DNA of 64,000 bases, taken from the NCBI GenBank assembly GCA_044376115.1, contig JBILLK010000017.1, forward strand, positions 154,501 to 218,500. The letters run 5' to 3'. This stretch comes from Polyangiaceae bacterium (GTDB taxonomy: Bacteria; Myxococcota_A; Polyangia; Polyangiales; Polyangiaceae). The position numbers were made by a program, and so were the translations under genes. This document shows, one piece after another, positions 1 to 9,914 of this stretch. The notes under the pieces were generated by a model. That model was given only the letters and a program-made list of their open reading frames with translations. It was not told where the DNA came from and ran no database searches. Position 1 is the first letter of the stretch. Every line of letters begins with the position of its first letter.

Positions 1-212
1 GCAGGCTCTGCGGCAATCGCCGCCAGCGTCGTTTCACTGGTTTGAGTGATCGGCTGGCCATAGCTATTCGGCTTCGCGGTGCTGCCAGGAGCCGGCGCCT
101 TCGCAGCGGAGGACGAGGGCCTAGCGCTCGTGTCGGCCGACGCCGACGGCACAGGCGCATCACAACCAACCACCAACGAAGCAAGGAGTAGAACGCTCGG
201 AACTCGCAGCAT
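1..212 (-). CDS. Lipoprotein, DUF4920-like; partial, runs off the window start
   Basis: Not in ORF track. Manual translation from ATG at 212: MLRVPSVLLLASLVVGC-DAPVPSAS...NSYGQPITQTSETTLAAIAAEP; lipobox VVGC, Ser/Ala/Pro linker, then a YGxPI...LAxIxAxP start typical of DUF4920 proteins. Confidence 0.6.
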   Translation of the reverse strand, partial: MLRVPSVLLLASLVVGCDAPVPSASADTSARPSSSAAKAPAPGSTAKPNSYGQPITQTSETTLAAIAAEP

Positions 213-261
213 GGCGCGAAGTCTGGATCGAACCATGCTTCGCGCCAAGCCTAAGCTTGAT

Positions 262-882
262 TTAACAGCCGCAACCGACGCTAAGTGGCAGCGAGAGCGT
301 CGGCAACACGATCGCGTTCGCCGTTTCCAACGTAACGTCAACCAGTTCAGCCTCCGAATGACCATAGCCACCACGCTTACCGTGATGCCGACCATGGTGA
401 CCGTCGCCATCGCCGTCGCCGTCCATACCGTCCTCGCACGTCACGGTTGCAGCTTGCTCCAAACAAGCGCCCCCCGACTCACTCAGCACACCGTCCACGC
501 AGGTTTCTTCAACCGGGACGGTCTCCGCTTTGGTCGTGATTTGCGACACATAGCGCAGCGAACCCAGATCCGCCGTGGGCGCGCCCATGCCCAATCGCAG
601 CGTGCTGCCATAGGAAGCTCCGGTGACGCGCAGACCGACTGGAACTCGGCCGTTGGACGTTTCGACGAAGAGCGCGTAGGTCGCTTCTTCCGCGACACTC
701 AGAGCGAACGAGCCATCGCTAGCGATCAATGCGAGCGACTCCTCCCCGCTGTCATCGACGGCAACGACACCGCTAACTGAACTGGGGAAGCTATCGCCGT
801 CCACGACGCCTGTAAGGGTTCCGCTGGTGCTGCCGCAGCCTGCCAATAGTGCTGCAAGAAGGACGAAGTTGATGCGTTTCAT
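262..882 (-). CDS. Hypothetical lipoprotein with Asp/Gly- and His-rich segment and C-terminal CGC
   Basis: MKRINFVLLAALLAGC lipobox; GDGDGDGHHGRHHGKRGG segment; downstream of the anti-sigma gene. Confidence 0.7.
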   Translation of the reverse strand: MKRINFVLLAALLAGCGSTSGTLTGVVDGDSFPSSVSGVVAVDDSGEESLALIASDGSFALSVAEEATYALFVETSNGRVPVGLRVTGASYGSTLRLGMGAPTADLGSLRYVSQITTKAETVPVEETCVDGVLSESGGACLEQAATVTCEDGMDGDGDGDGHHGRHHGKRGGYGHSEAELVDVTLETANAIVLPTLSLPLSVGCGC

Positions 883-949
883 GGGACCTCTTTCAACCAA
901 CTCTTGAGAGTGGTTGCTCCGATTGGCCAGCGGTGCCCGAGTCCTTCAT

Positions 950-2026
950 TCATTCAGATTTTTTTCGTAAGGCCTCGATTTCCCGCTGTCGGAAGCCTTG
1001 CGGAAAACGGGCGAGGTAATCATCGGCGAGCCTACGAACAGCCGCCTTGTCCTGGCCATTCAAGGCGCGCAACACAGCTAAGTAGGCCCGGTCTTCCTCG
1101 CTCAAACCGCGTGCAGCGCGACTCGCACGCTCGCTCTCGACGGCTGACTCTTGCGCCTGGGTCGGGTTGCTCTCGAAGGCTGAAGCTTCGTGCTTCGTCG
1201 TAGCAACGGCTCGTGGAGACAGCGCCGCTAGCTTCGGAGCCGGGGATTGCACCGCAACGACCGGCGCCGGTGGTGAAAACGGCGCGCTGCTGATCGCCGA
1301 CGGAGCAGGTGCGGTTGCGAGCGAAGGTGCGACGGGCGCTGAGCTGACCTGAGCCGAGGACGCGCTGCTCGACGGAGCCGGCACAGGCGACGGGGTGAAG
1401 GTCATACCGGCGATCAAACGCAACTTGGGCTCATTGGTACGACGTAGCTCCACTTCGCCCTCGGTCACCGAAACTCGCACCGTGCGGCCGTTGCTCACCG
1501 AGACATGGAACTTGGTTCCGATATCCTCGATCTCACCGTCTGGGACTCGCACGAGCAGGTGCGGCTCACCATCGCGGTGGTTCACGTCAAAGTCGAACTC
1601 ACCGTCCACGAGCTCGACCACGTGTCTGCCGTCCGCAACCTTCTCACTGAAGCGAGCACCCGGGTTCGCCGAAACCGAAACGGCCTCGCTCGGACGCATG
1701 GTCAAGCGACCGACGAAGAAGAACAGCAGCGCAGCAGCAGCTGCACTGGCCAGCGCGATAGCCCAAGCACGCATCGGTCGCGCGGCCGGCGCGACGGTGC
1801 CCTTCGCACGCAAGAGCAGCTCGCGTCGCAACTTCTTCAGATGGAACGGATTGACCGCTTCCTCGCGCGAAAGTTCGGCTAGCCGCGCGCGCAGCTGCTT
1901 CTGACTCGCCGCTTCATTCGCGCAAAAGCCACATTGCGCAAGATGCTCACGCAGACCGCCATCCAGCGCGGACTCATGAGCCAGGCCGGATTCGACGTCC
2001 GACCAGCGTTCACAAAGGTCAGCCAT
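950..2026 (-). CDS. Anti-sigma factor: zinc-finger (ZAS) + TM + FecR domain
   Basis: HLAQCGFC (HxxxCxxC), one TM helix, FecR-like LVDGEFDFDV...GEIEDIGTKFHV...VSVTEGEVEL; GGGAGGAG RBS before ATG 2026; overlaps the sigma gene stop. Confidence 0.85.
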   Translation of the reverse strand: MADLCERWSDVESGLAHESALDGGLREHLAQCGFCANEAASQKQLRARLAELSREEAVNPFHLKKLRRELLLRAKGTVAPAARPMRAWAIALASAAAAALLFFFVGRLTMRPSEAVSVSANPGARFSEKVADGRHVVELVDGEFDFDVNHRDGEPHLLVRVPDGEIEDIGTKFHVSVSNGRTVRVSVTEGEVELRRTNEPKLRLIAGMTFTPSPVPAPSSSASSAQVSSAPVAPSLATAPAPSAISSAPFSPPAPVVAVQSPAPKLAALSPRAVATTKHEASAFESNPTQAQESAVESERASRAARGLSEEDRAYLAVLRALNGQDKAAVRRLADDYLARFPQGFRQREIEALRKKSE

Positions 2027-2570
2027 GGTCTCCTCCCAAGGTCGCACGAAGTTCTTTGCGCACGTGGTGCAAGCGCGACCCGACGGTTCCCTCCGGAACA
2101 CCGAGCGCCTCGCTCACTTCGCGCGTCGAAAAGCCGAGCACGTCGGCCATCACCACCAAGGCCCGCTTCTCTTCGGGTAGTCCATCGAGCGCGCGCGCCA
2201 CATCTCCGCTCGCCTCGGGCCGCACGATGCCCTCGCGTGGCTCCCGCCCGAAGTTTGAGATCGCCCTTCGAAAGCGAGCAAAGGAGCGTTTGCGCTCGCG
2301 GATGACCGCGTGACACACGCCGATCAGCCACGCGCGCGCCGTCGCACTGCGCGGTTCATACGAACGTGCGATCTGGAGCACCCGCATGAAGGTCTCTTGC
2401 ACCACGTCGTCCGCATCTTCATGCGGAGCAAGCCGGCGCGCGTAACGCATGACGTCCTGCGCGTAGCGATCAAAGAGCAACCCCAGTGACTCGGTTTCAC
2501 CTGCGGCGATGGCCCGCAGCACCACCGCGTCACTCGGCCCGCCTTCCTCTTTTCGCGAGAGGGCCCTCAT
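2019..2570 (-). CDS. ECF RNA polymerase sigma factor
   Basis: DADDVVQETF (region 2), ARAWLIGV, FSTREVSEALGVPEGTVGSRLH (region 4). Confidence 0.95.
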   Translation of the reverse strand: MRALSRKEEGGPSDAVVLRAIAAGETESLGLLFDRYAQDVMRYARRLAPHEDADDVVQETFMRVLQIARSYEPRSATARAWLIGVCHAVIRERKRSFARFRRAISNFGREPREGIVRPEASGDVARALDGLPEEKRALVVMADVLGFSTREVSEALGVPEGTVGSRLHHVRKELRATLGGDHG

Positions 2571-3610
2571 GGTGCCCCCAGCAGGTTGTCGGTACGCAGC
2601 CCCACGCCGACGCCGAGCTCCACGCCAAACGGCGGGAGTGAGCGCGCTTCCAACGCTTTATTGCGGGCTAGTACGACCGGCGAAACCTCGAAACCGCTTT
2701 GCAAACAGAAGGACACCGTCGAGCTCGCCGGCAACCAAACCTTACCGAACGCCCGCAGCCGAAAGTCGCCGAGGCCGTCATCGTCGGAGTTGCGGCGGTC
2801 GTCGGGAGGAGGCTGGCTCGACCGAGGTGGATGATCGAGCGGAACGACCACTAAGCCCTCAGCGCCAAGCCCCACGTCCACGAGCGCCGTCGGTGGCAGC
2901 TCAATACGCCGCGCGAGCTCAAGCCCACCGCCAAGCGCGCCCTTCGCGAACTCCTCGGGCTCCGGGTCGAAGGCCGCATTGACCGGATCGAATCGACCGC
3001 GCAAACCAACCACCCACACGCGCTCGATCGCCGCCTCACCGCTCAGGACCAAGCCGACCCCCAACGTTGGATGGCCGAAGAAGAAACGCGAGGCGACCAT
3101 CGCGGTGCCCGCAACGGTCAACGAAGAATCGCTCACGGCGGGCTCACTCGACACGGGCGGCGCGGGCGCCGGCTCCTCGGCGCCAGCGGGCTTCGCTGGC
3201 TCCGCTTCGACCGGAGCAGGCGGCTTCGGCTCGGGCGCCGGCTCGCTCGCTGCAGGTGGTAAGGCGAGGAGCGCGAGCAGCGTCTCCTCGAGAGCGGCCG
3301 GATCGTCCACCACCCTTCTCGCGACTCTCCACGTTGAGCCCTGCTCCGGTAACCGCGCCACGATCTCGACAGCGTCCTCTTTTCCGGCAACCTCGACCAA
3401 AGCCGCAGGGTCGATCGTCGAGCTGGCCGTCAACGTCTTGCACGCTTGTGCGAGGGCGGACTCAAAGCGCGGACCAACGGGGCTCACGACTTTGACCTGA
3501 ACGCATGGTTCAGCCGACTGTGCGGAGGTTGACCACAGACCGGCCAGTAGAAACGGCGCCCACGAGCGGGACAACGCGCTCCTCAATTTGGCCGTTTTTA
3601 CTGTGGTCAC
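2567..3610 (-). CDS. Hypothetical exported/outer-membrane protein coupled to the ECF sigma gene
   Basis: Signal peptide (FLLAGLWSTSAQS), Pro-rich linker, amphipathic beta-strand C-terminus; ATGA overlap with sigma start; start trimmed to GTG 3610 to avoid overlap with btpA. Confidence 0.65.
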   Translation of the reverse strand: MTTVKTAKLRSALSRSWAPFLLAGLWSTSAQSAEPCVQVKVVSPVGPRFESALAQACKTLTASSTIDPAALVEVAGKEDAVEIVARLPEQGSTWRVARRVVDDPAALEETLLALLALPPAASEPAPEPKPPAPVEAEPAKPAGAEEPAPAPPVSSEPAVSDSSLTVAGTAMVASRFFFGHPTLGVGLVLSGEAAIERVWVVGLRGRFDPVNAAFDPEPEEFAKGALGGGLELARRIELPPTALVDVGLGAEGLVVVPLDHPPRSSQPPPDDRRNSDDDGLGDFRLRAFGKVWLPASSTVSFCLQSGFEVSPVVLARNKALEARSLPPFGVELGVGVGLRTDNLLGAP

Positions 3611-3662
3611 CAGCTGCACACCCTTTCTTGGCCGGCCGGCTAACTTTCCTTCGAAAGTTCGT

Positions 3663-4508
3663 TCAGGCAACCGGTGGTGGCGGCACCGACTCGTTACCGA
3701 GCTTTTTGTCGGCGAAAAACGCCTCGGCAAAGCGCTTGGCGATGCTGACGTCAATGGCACCACCTGCCCGGCCGTCCCCGCGCAGCGCTGAGCCAACGAT
3801 GACCCCGTGAGAGCGACGCAACGAAGGCAGGGCGCTTTCCGTCGCGCCGCTAGCGACGATCACTGGCGCGTGAACCGCTCGTACGACCTCGTCAAGATCA
3901 CGCAGATTCACGCCGCGCCCGGTGCCGCTTCCCGTCACCAGCACGGCATCGGCTCCTGCGCGATGGACCAAATCATGAGCTTCTTCGGCCAACGGCCGCG
4001 CAGCGATGGGCGCAGAGTGCTTCACGTCCACATCACAAAAGAGCTTCACGTGCTCAGCCCCGAAAGCTTTACGAAGACGCAGCGTTTCATGGGCCTTCCC
4101 TTCAACGATGCCCTGGTCCGTCAACCGCGCCCCGATATGGACGTTGATGCGGATGAAAGAAGCCCCCACCGCGACGGCCACCGCGAGCGCGGCCTCAGCG
4201 TCGTTGCGCAAGACGTTGATCCCGAGCGCCAAGGTAGGTGCAGCGACGCGAGCGGCGAGACAGCAGCGCGTCATCGCCGCCACCGTCACCGGCGAGACTT
4301 TGCCCGGCGTGAACGGAACATCACCGTAGTTCTCGACGATCACCGCTTCAAAGCCGGCGTCGGCCAGCGCGTTTGCGTCGCGCGCACAAGCCGAAGCAAT
4401 CGCCGACAGATCGCCCGCGTAGTTCGGACTGCCGGGTAGCGCTCGCAAATGAATGACGCCGTAAAGCGCAGGGAGACTGCTCGGAGAGGCCGGCGCGCGA
4501 GAACTCAT
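3663..4508 (-). CDS. btpA: BtpA/SgcQ family TIM-barrel protein
   Basis: GVIHLRALPGSP, IVENYGDVPF, GINVLRND, DVDVKHS, VTGSGTG motifs. Confidence 0.9.
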   Translation of the reverse strand: MSSRAPASPSSLPALYGVIHLRALPGSPNYAGDLSAIASACARDANALADAGFEAVIVENYGDVPFTPGKVSPVTVAAMTRCCLAARVAAPTLALGINVLRNDAEAALAVAVAVGASFIRINVHIGARLTDQGIVEGKAHETLRLRKAFGAEHVKLFCDVDVKHSAPIAARPLAEEAHDLVHRAGADAVLVTGSGTGRGVNLRDLDEVVRAVHAPVIVASGATESALPSLRRSHGVIVGSALRGDGRAGGAIDVSIAKRFAEAFFADKKLGNESVPPPPVA

Positions 4509-4515
4509 TGCAACC

Positions 4516-5652
4516 TCAGGTCGCGACCGGCGAGAGCGCCTCGTTCGACTTCTGCTTCGACTTCTTCTTCTTCACCAAGCCATCGGGCTCCATCAGCGAC
4601 GGACCGCCTTCTGCGCCGTAGTCGGCGAAGATTGCGTCGGCGACCTCGAGCAGTTCCTCAGCCTTCTTGGCGTCGAACCGGCCGAAGCGCGTGAGCGTAG
4701 CCACGGTCCCACTCACGCGCAGCCAAACGTCCGGCAAGCCCAAGAGCTCGTCACGTACCGACTGCACCAAGAACTCACGCACCCGCGTCTGGTTCTCACC
4801 CGGAGCAACTTCCACCAAGTACTCAGCGCTAAACTCGCGATCTTCTCGAAAGAGTAGGCCCGTATTGGCCATGCGACGGCCGTCATCCAAGGGCAGCGGT
4901 CGTGCGACGAAGCTCGCCTCTTTCTGCTCGAAGCGCAGGACGACGGTGGTGTAGTCCGAGATGTCGGTGACATCGGCTTCAACGAAGGCCACGTACGCGA
5001 GATCCTTCTTGAGCAGGAAGGACTTGTAGAACTTGCCACCTCCGACCTCAGGCAGCACCCGCTGACCCCACGCCGGAATCGGCGCTTCCGCAAGCGAGAC
5101 CGTGGGCTTGGTGGCGGGACGATCACGATAGCCGCTGGCTGCCGCATTCTTCGCGTGTCGCCCGGGAAAGCCGGCAAATGCTTTGACCTCGTTGCGACCG
5201 CGCTGGTCACTCTCCCAGGTTAGGTACAGACACGCGGCGACGCCAACCAAGGTGACCGGCACCAAAGCCTCCGGACCCGCGTGAAAGACCGCAAAGTATG
5301 AGGCCGCAATGAAGGGCAAAAGCCCAACCACGAGCAGCGCGCGCCGAAAGCGAATTCCGGCCAAGCTCACGAGCCCAGCGGCGAGCAGACTCCCGCCGAT
5401 CGCGATACCGGCCCAACCCGACGACAGTTCAACGCCGGAGCGAAAGTCTAGCTGCTCCTGCTTCACGACGAGCTCATCACGAGCTGCCTTGTCGCGAACC
5501 GTCGCCAACTCCGCCTTGGCCTTCTCAAACGCAGCCTCATCCTCGAGCCCAACGGAGCGAGCGATCCCTCCGGCTACCGCGAGAGCAAGACCTGACGCGA
5601 GAATGATGCCGCGATTCGGCTCAGGGTCCGGGAACGACGAAAGTGAAGCCAC
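4516..5652 (-). CDS. Hypothetical membrane protein
   Basis: 378-aa ORF, four hydrophobic segments followed by a soluble domain; 7 bp upstream of btpA. Confidence 0.7.
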   Translation of the reverse strand: MASLSSFPDPEPNRGIILASGLALAVAGGIARSVGLEDEAAFEKAKAELATVRDKAARDELVVKQEQLDFRSGVELSSGWAGIAIGGSLLAAGLVSLAGIRFRRALLVVGLLPFIAASYFAVFHAGPEALVPVTLVGVAACLYLTWESDQRGRNEVKAFAGFPGRHAKNAAASGYRDRPATKPTVSLAEAPIPAWGQRVLPEVGGGKFYKSFLLKKDLAYVAFVEADVTDISDYTTVVLRFEQKEASFVARPLPLDDGRRMANTGLLFREDREFSAEYLVEVAPGENQTRVREFLVQSVRDELLGLPDVWLRVSGTVATLTRFGRFDAKKAEELLEVADAIFADYGAEGGPSLMEPDGLVKKKKSKQKSNEALSPVAT

Positions 5653-5810
5653 GCTTAAGACCTCCTAGAACCGGAGGTGTAGCTGTGGGGGCTTGGGAAG
5701 CCCAGCGTTTTCGAGGCGCAGACGCCTAAGCTCGGTCGAGAACGTGGCCCGCCCCAGGCGCGTTTGTGACAATGCGATCTCGGGCGGCGTTCACCCGAGC
5801 GAGGTAAGCC

Positions 5811-6491
5811 ATGGGTCAGAGCAGAAATTGGTTCGCAAGCGATGGAGCGGCGGCGCGAGGCCCCTTCGGTGTTCACGATATTTTGGCGCTCGTCGCTGCT
5901 GAACAACTGCCTGAAGACACCTGGGTTTGGCAGCCTGCTTGGCAAGAGGCGCGTCCGCTCGCCACGGTGCGGGAGTTTCACTTGCAACAAGCCAGCAGCG
6001 AGAGCGATGACGTGTCGCCTGAGCAGGAGTGGTGCGATTGGCTCGATCAGGCCAGTGATACGAACGAGCTCGTGGCCATGACCCTGCAGGGCCTCGTGTT
6101 AGCGACCAACGCTTCAGTGGGATTGGCGTATCGGCGTCATCGCACGGGAGACTTCGTGGCGACCGCGGCCGTTGGCACGCGCGGGTCGGCACTGCTCGGA
6201 TCGTCAGCCAGCGCCAAGGACCCTGCGCTCAATCGAGCCAAGCTCGGACCGCTGGTTCTGCCGCACGCGAACGCCTCGCGTGCCGGAACCGCCTGCCTCA
6301 ACCGACTGGGCGAACTCGACGGCTCGAGCATCGCTCTGGCGCCTCTTTTCGTCGGCTCGAAGTTGCTTGCCGTCTTGGAGCTCGGACGGAGCGACCATCC
6401 TTTCCGCAACGGTGATTCGAGCTATCTGCGTGGTACCGCACGCACCGCCAGCGACCGCGCTGGCCGGCTTGCATTGAGCGCCGCCCACTAG
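5811..6491 (+). CDS. GYF_2 (DUF4339) + GAF-like domain protein
   Basis: WF...RGPF...L..L....L..DTWVWQPAW...RPL..V.EF N-terminus; C-terminal IALAPLFVGSKLLAVLELGRSDHPF; GAGG RBS. Confidence 0.75.
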   Translation: MGQSRNWFASDGAAARGPFGVHDILALVAAEQLPEDTWVWQPAWQEARPLATVREFHLQQASSESDDVSPEQEWCDWLDQASDTNELVAMTLQGLVLATNASVGLAYRRHRTGDFVATAAVGTRGSALLGSSASAKDPALNRAKLGPLVLPHANASRAGTACLNRLGELDGSSIALAPLFVGSKLLAVLELGRSDHPFRNGDSSYLRGTARTASDRAGRLALSAAH

Positions 6492-6506
6492 TCCGCAGCA
6501 GGCCGT

Positions 6507-7589
6507 TCAGCGATCGCGCGCGACCAAGCGCCGAACGAGCTCGAGCAAACTGAAGGCCTGCGGATCCGCCTCGGCATCGACATCCCCGAGCATCGCCGAG
6601 GCCATTTCCAGCCCGGGCTGAACGGCCTCTCGGACGCGCAGAAGCAACGGGCCGAGCGCTGGAAACATTTGCGTCGCTTCGCTGAGCGGCAGCCCACGCG
6701 GCAACTCGAGCGTGCTTCGAGTCTTCGACAAGGCCGTGCGCGCGACAGAGAGCGCCGCCCGGGATACGTCCAAGCCGAGCGGGATGGCCAGCGCCACCGG
6801 CACCGGCGAAAGAATCACATCGCGAATCGCCGCTGCCTTGGCCCAAGCTCCCGGCGTCGCGTCCACCTGGAGATCACGGAACGTCGACTTCTCCGAGAAC
6901 AGGCCCAACGCAACTCGGCCGAGCCGACGTTCCACCGCGCGCCGCAAATGCCGGTAGTCGCGCCGCCAATCCCCCGAGAGAACGCCCATCTCGCGACGCA
7001 CTTCATCCGGACCGAGCACCGTGTCGATGCGACCATCGGCGTTGCGGCGGATCGCTAGCGAGGTCCACAGCTCGCCGCCTTCGAATAGCCCGAACACCAT
7101 CACCTCGCGACGAGGACACACAGCATCAAACGTACTATCCAGCATCGCCGCTGTCGGGATCGGCAACCCCGCTAACCGCGTCGGAAAGTAGGCAATCCCC
7201 CCGCGCTCGAGCTCATCGCGAATGGCGGCTACGAAGAGCAGCATCTGCGCCAGGAAGTCGTCCGATCGCCGCAAGCGCAGCGCAAAATTCGACATCACTC
7301 GCTCGAGCGCGCCGGCGCGAATGACGATACCGAAGCTCGCATGGTGACGACTCGCGAGCTGCTCCGGAGTTAGTGGCCAATCCGCACCGGCCTCTTCGAG
7401 CCGCAACCGACCAACTTGCGAGTGAAGCAGCTTCTGCAACCTGCCATTGCGCTCAACCGCGATCACCGCCCCCTGCGGTCGCGTCGGATCACGTTCACCA
7501 CCGTCGGTCTTCCTTGGGGTGAAGAGCGACAAGAAGCGAACCCAGTCAACCTGAGTGAACCCCTCGAACCGGACATCCGCGGAAAACAC
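6507..7589 (-). CDS. Hypothetical protein
   Basis: 360-aa ORF with globular composition filling the interval; no motif recognised. Confidence 0.7.
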   Translation of the reverse strand: MFSADVRFEGFTQVDWVRFLSLFTPRKTDGGERDPTRPQGAVIAVERNGRLQKLLHSQVGRLRLEEAGADWPLTPEQLASRHHASFGIVIRAGALERVMSNFALRLRRSDDFLAQMLLFVAAIRDELERGGIAYFPTRLAGLPIPTAAMLDSTFDAVCPRREVMVFGLFEGGELWTSLAIRRNADGRIDTVLGPDEVRREMGVLSGDWRRDYRHLRRAVERRLGRVALGLFSEKSTFRDLQVDATPGAWAKAAAIRDVILSPVPVALAIPLGLDVSRAALSVARTALSKTRSTLELPRGLPLSEATQMFPALGPLLLRVREAVQPGLEMASAMLGDVDAEADPQAFSLLELVRRLVARDR

Positions 7590-7720
7590 CGAGCGACTCT
7601 ACAGGGGTCGGTGGCCGGTTCGCCACGCCAAGTTCCATCGAAGGTGCATGCCGATGAACCTGTGACGCTGGCACGAGTCATTGTTGTTGCTGCGGTCAGC
7701 CTCGATTGACAGGATGCCGC

Positions 7721-8698
7721 ATGCGCGCCGTCGTGATTCGAGAACCTGGGGATGAATCGGTTCTAGCCATCAGCGAGCGACCACAGCCTGAGCTCCCGCC
7801 CTATCACGTAAAGGTGCGCGTGCGTTTTGCGGGCGTTAATCGCGCAGACTTGTTGCAGCGAATGGGAGTTTATCCGGCGCCGCCCGGCGTCTCCTCAGAG
7901 ATACCAGGACTCGAGTACGCCGGCATCGTCGCGGAGGTCGGCAGCGGCGTCTCTTCGCTCACGCCTGGCCAGCGCGTGTTCGGCCTCGTCGCGGGAGGCG
8001 CGTACGCCGAGTTCATCGTGGTACACGAGCGCGAAGCCGTGCCCCTTCCCGAGGGCTTGTCGGAGGAGCAGGCCGCGGCCATCCCTGAGGCGTTTGTAAC
8101 GGCCTATGACGCATTGGTGGTGCGTGCCGGCCTGCGACCGGGGGAGCGCGTGCTGATCCACGCGGTCGGCAGCGGCGTCGGAACCGCTGGCCTACAAATC
8201 GCAAAGGCTCTCGGTTGTCACGTAACAGGGACCAGCCGGACCCAGGACAAGCTGACGCGCGCAGACGAACTGGGGCTCGATCAGGGGCTATTGGTGGAGA
8301 CGCCGCAAGCCTTGCCCAGCGCGCTGAAGGCGCATCCTCCCTTCGATGTAACGTTGGACCTCGTCGGTGGTGCGTATGTCGGCAGCAGCCTACCGGCCAT
8401 GAACTTACGTGGCCGAATCGTGGTGGTTGGGCTCACCGGCGGTACCCAAAGCACCATCGATCTCGGCAAGCTGCTCGCCCGTCGGCTCAACATCGTTGGC
8501 ACCGTGCTGCGCTCTCGGCCAATCGAGGAGAAGATTGAGGCTGCGGAGCTATTGCGCAGAACGTTATCCCCTTGGCTCTCACGTCAGATGATCAAGCCCG
8601 TCATCGAGCGCACCTTCCCGCTTGCGGAGGCGGCCGCCGCCCATCGGCTACTGGGCAGTAACAACACGTTCGGCAAACTCTTACTCTCAATCGACTGA
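7721..8698 (+). CDS. NAD(P)H-quinone oxidoreductase (zeta-crystallin/PIG3, MDR family)
   Basis: GVNRADLLQRMGVYPAPPG, PGLEYAG, LIHAVGSGVGTA, FGKLLL. Confidence 0.92.
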   Translation: MRAVVIREPGDESVLAISERPQPELPPYHVKVRVRFAGVNRADLLQRMGVYPAPPGVSSEIPGLEYAGIVAEVGSGVSSLTPGQRVFGLVAGGAYAEFIVVHEREAVPLPEGLSEEQAAAIPEAFVTAYDALVVRAGLRPGERVLIHAVGSGVGTAGLQIAKALGCHVTGTSRTQDKLTRADELGLDQGLLVETPQALPSALKAHPPFDVTLDLVGGAYVGSSLPAMNLRGRIVVVGLTGGTQSTIDLGKLLARRLNIVGTVLRSRPIEEKIEAAELLRRTLSPWLSRQMIKPVIERTFPLAEAAAAHRLLGSNNTFGKLLLSID

Positions 8699-8705
8699 GC
8701 TCCTT

Positions 8706-9914
8706 ATGCGGTATTGCCAAACGCCAATCCTATTCGCCACGCTCATCTTGGCGGGCTGTCCAACAGCGGCACTTACAGTGCCACAAGCACCCCTTCAGGA
8801 CTTGGCGGTCGTCGCCGAGGGGCCCTGTCAAAAGCTAGCGCCAGCCCGTATGGGCGAACGCACCGTCATCATCTTTGGAGAGACAGGCTACGAGCTCTCC
8901 GATTGGCAGGCCGGTGAGCCGTGGGCCGCAGCCCAAGGTTTGGTCGAGCTTCGCGAAGGGGACTTCGGCTTTGGGTCAAAGCTGCTATTGGGCCTCCCTC
9001 GCGACGACCGCGGCTATGTCCCGTTTGACCTGCGGATTGGCGAGGATAGCAAGCACACGCCCTGGCTGCGCCTAACCGACACCAGCTACGCCCAGCGAGG
9101 CACAGGCGCCCTCTTGAAGCGCACCTATACCGACTATTCCTGGAACAACGGCTGGGAGCAACGTGATGAGGCCATTGATCTTGGTGGCAGCGCGACGCTC
9201 AAGCAGCTATCGCCCAAAGAGCCTTGCGAGGATTCGAAGCTCGCGTTCCTCCCGCTCGATCACGCCATCGGTAGCGACGGCTCGGTTTTCGTCGCAGGCC
9301 GCTGCCAAGACGACAAGATCGTCGCTTACGAAGACACCACGCTCGTCGTCGCCATTGCGAAGCCCGGCCAAAGCCAGTTCGCTTACGCCCGTTTACCCCG
9401 CAGCTCACGGCTCTCCGGGATGGTCAATCTGGATCTGGAGGTGCGCGACGCGAACCGAGCCTGGCTCGTCGCTTATGAGCCCTTCGAGTCGCCGGAGAAC
9501 CGCCATAGCTACTTCGTCGAGTGGGATGGCCAGCGCTTTACCGAAGTCGACTTGCAGCTGGATCGCGGGCTGATGAGCATTGCCCACCTGGGGGACAATA
9601 GGCTGGTGATCGCTGCCAGTGACAAGCTCGTTGAAGTCGCACCCAATCATCACGTCAAACAGCTCGTGCTCCCGCCCCCTTTGCTGGCGAAGAGCGCTAC
9701 GACGGTCCACCTGCATACGGCCAGCTCGACCGGCAACGGTGAGCTATGGGTCCAGGGTAGCTATCGTGTCAACGCGCCCCAAGGTCCCAAAGGGCAGATC
9801 GCCCCGCGCGACGCCGCTGTCCTTTACTCGAACATAAAGACCAAAGGGCTCTTGTACTGTGATGCCCAGGAGCCTGCCCAATCTGCTGTTGCCGTGTGGG
9901 AGAGCCGACCATGA
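8706..9914 (+). CDS. Hypothetical lipoprotein, beta-rich (propeller-like)
   Basis: MRYCQTPILFATLILAGC lipobox; starts 7 bp after the oxidoreductase stop. Confidence 0.7.
   Translation: MRYCQTPILFATLILAGCPTAALTVPQAPLQDLAVVAEGPCQKLAPARMGERTVIIFGETGYELSDWQAGEPWAAAQGLVELREGDFGFGSKLLLGLPRDDRGYVPFDLRIGEDSKHTPWLRLTDTSYAQRGTGALLKRTYTDYSWNNGWEQRDEAIDLGGSATLKQLSPKEPCEDSKLAFLPLDHAIGSDGSVFVAGRCQDDKIVAYEDTTLVVAIAKPGQSQFAYARLPRSSRLSGMVNLDLEVRDANRAWLVAYEPFESPENRHSYFVEWDGQRFTEVDLQLDRGLMSIAHLGDNRLVIAASDKLVEVAPNHHVKQLVLPPPLLAKSATTVHLHTASSTGNGELWVQGSYRVNAPQGPKGQIAPRDAAVLYSNIKTKGLLYCDAQEPAQSAVAVWESRP

Noticed and set aside
79..780. 233-aa plus-strand ORF
   Set aside because: Overlaps two minus-strand lipoprotein genes with clear lipoboxes
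3642..3659. Inverted repeat AACTTTC-CTTC-GAAAGTT just after the btpA stop
   Set aside because: AT-rich 7-bp stem without a U-tract; cannot tell terminator, operator or chance apart
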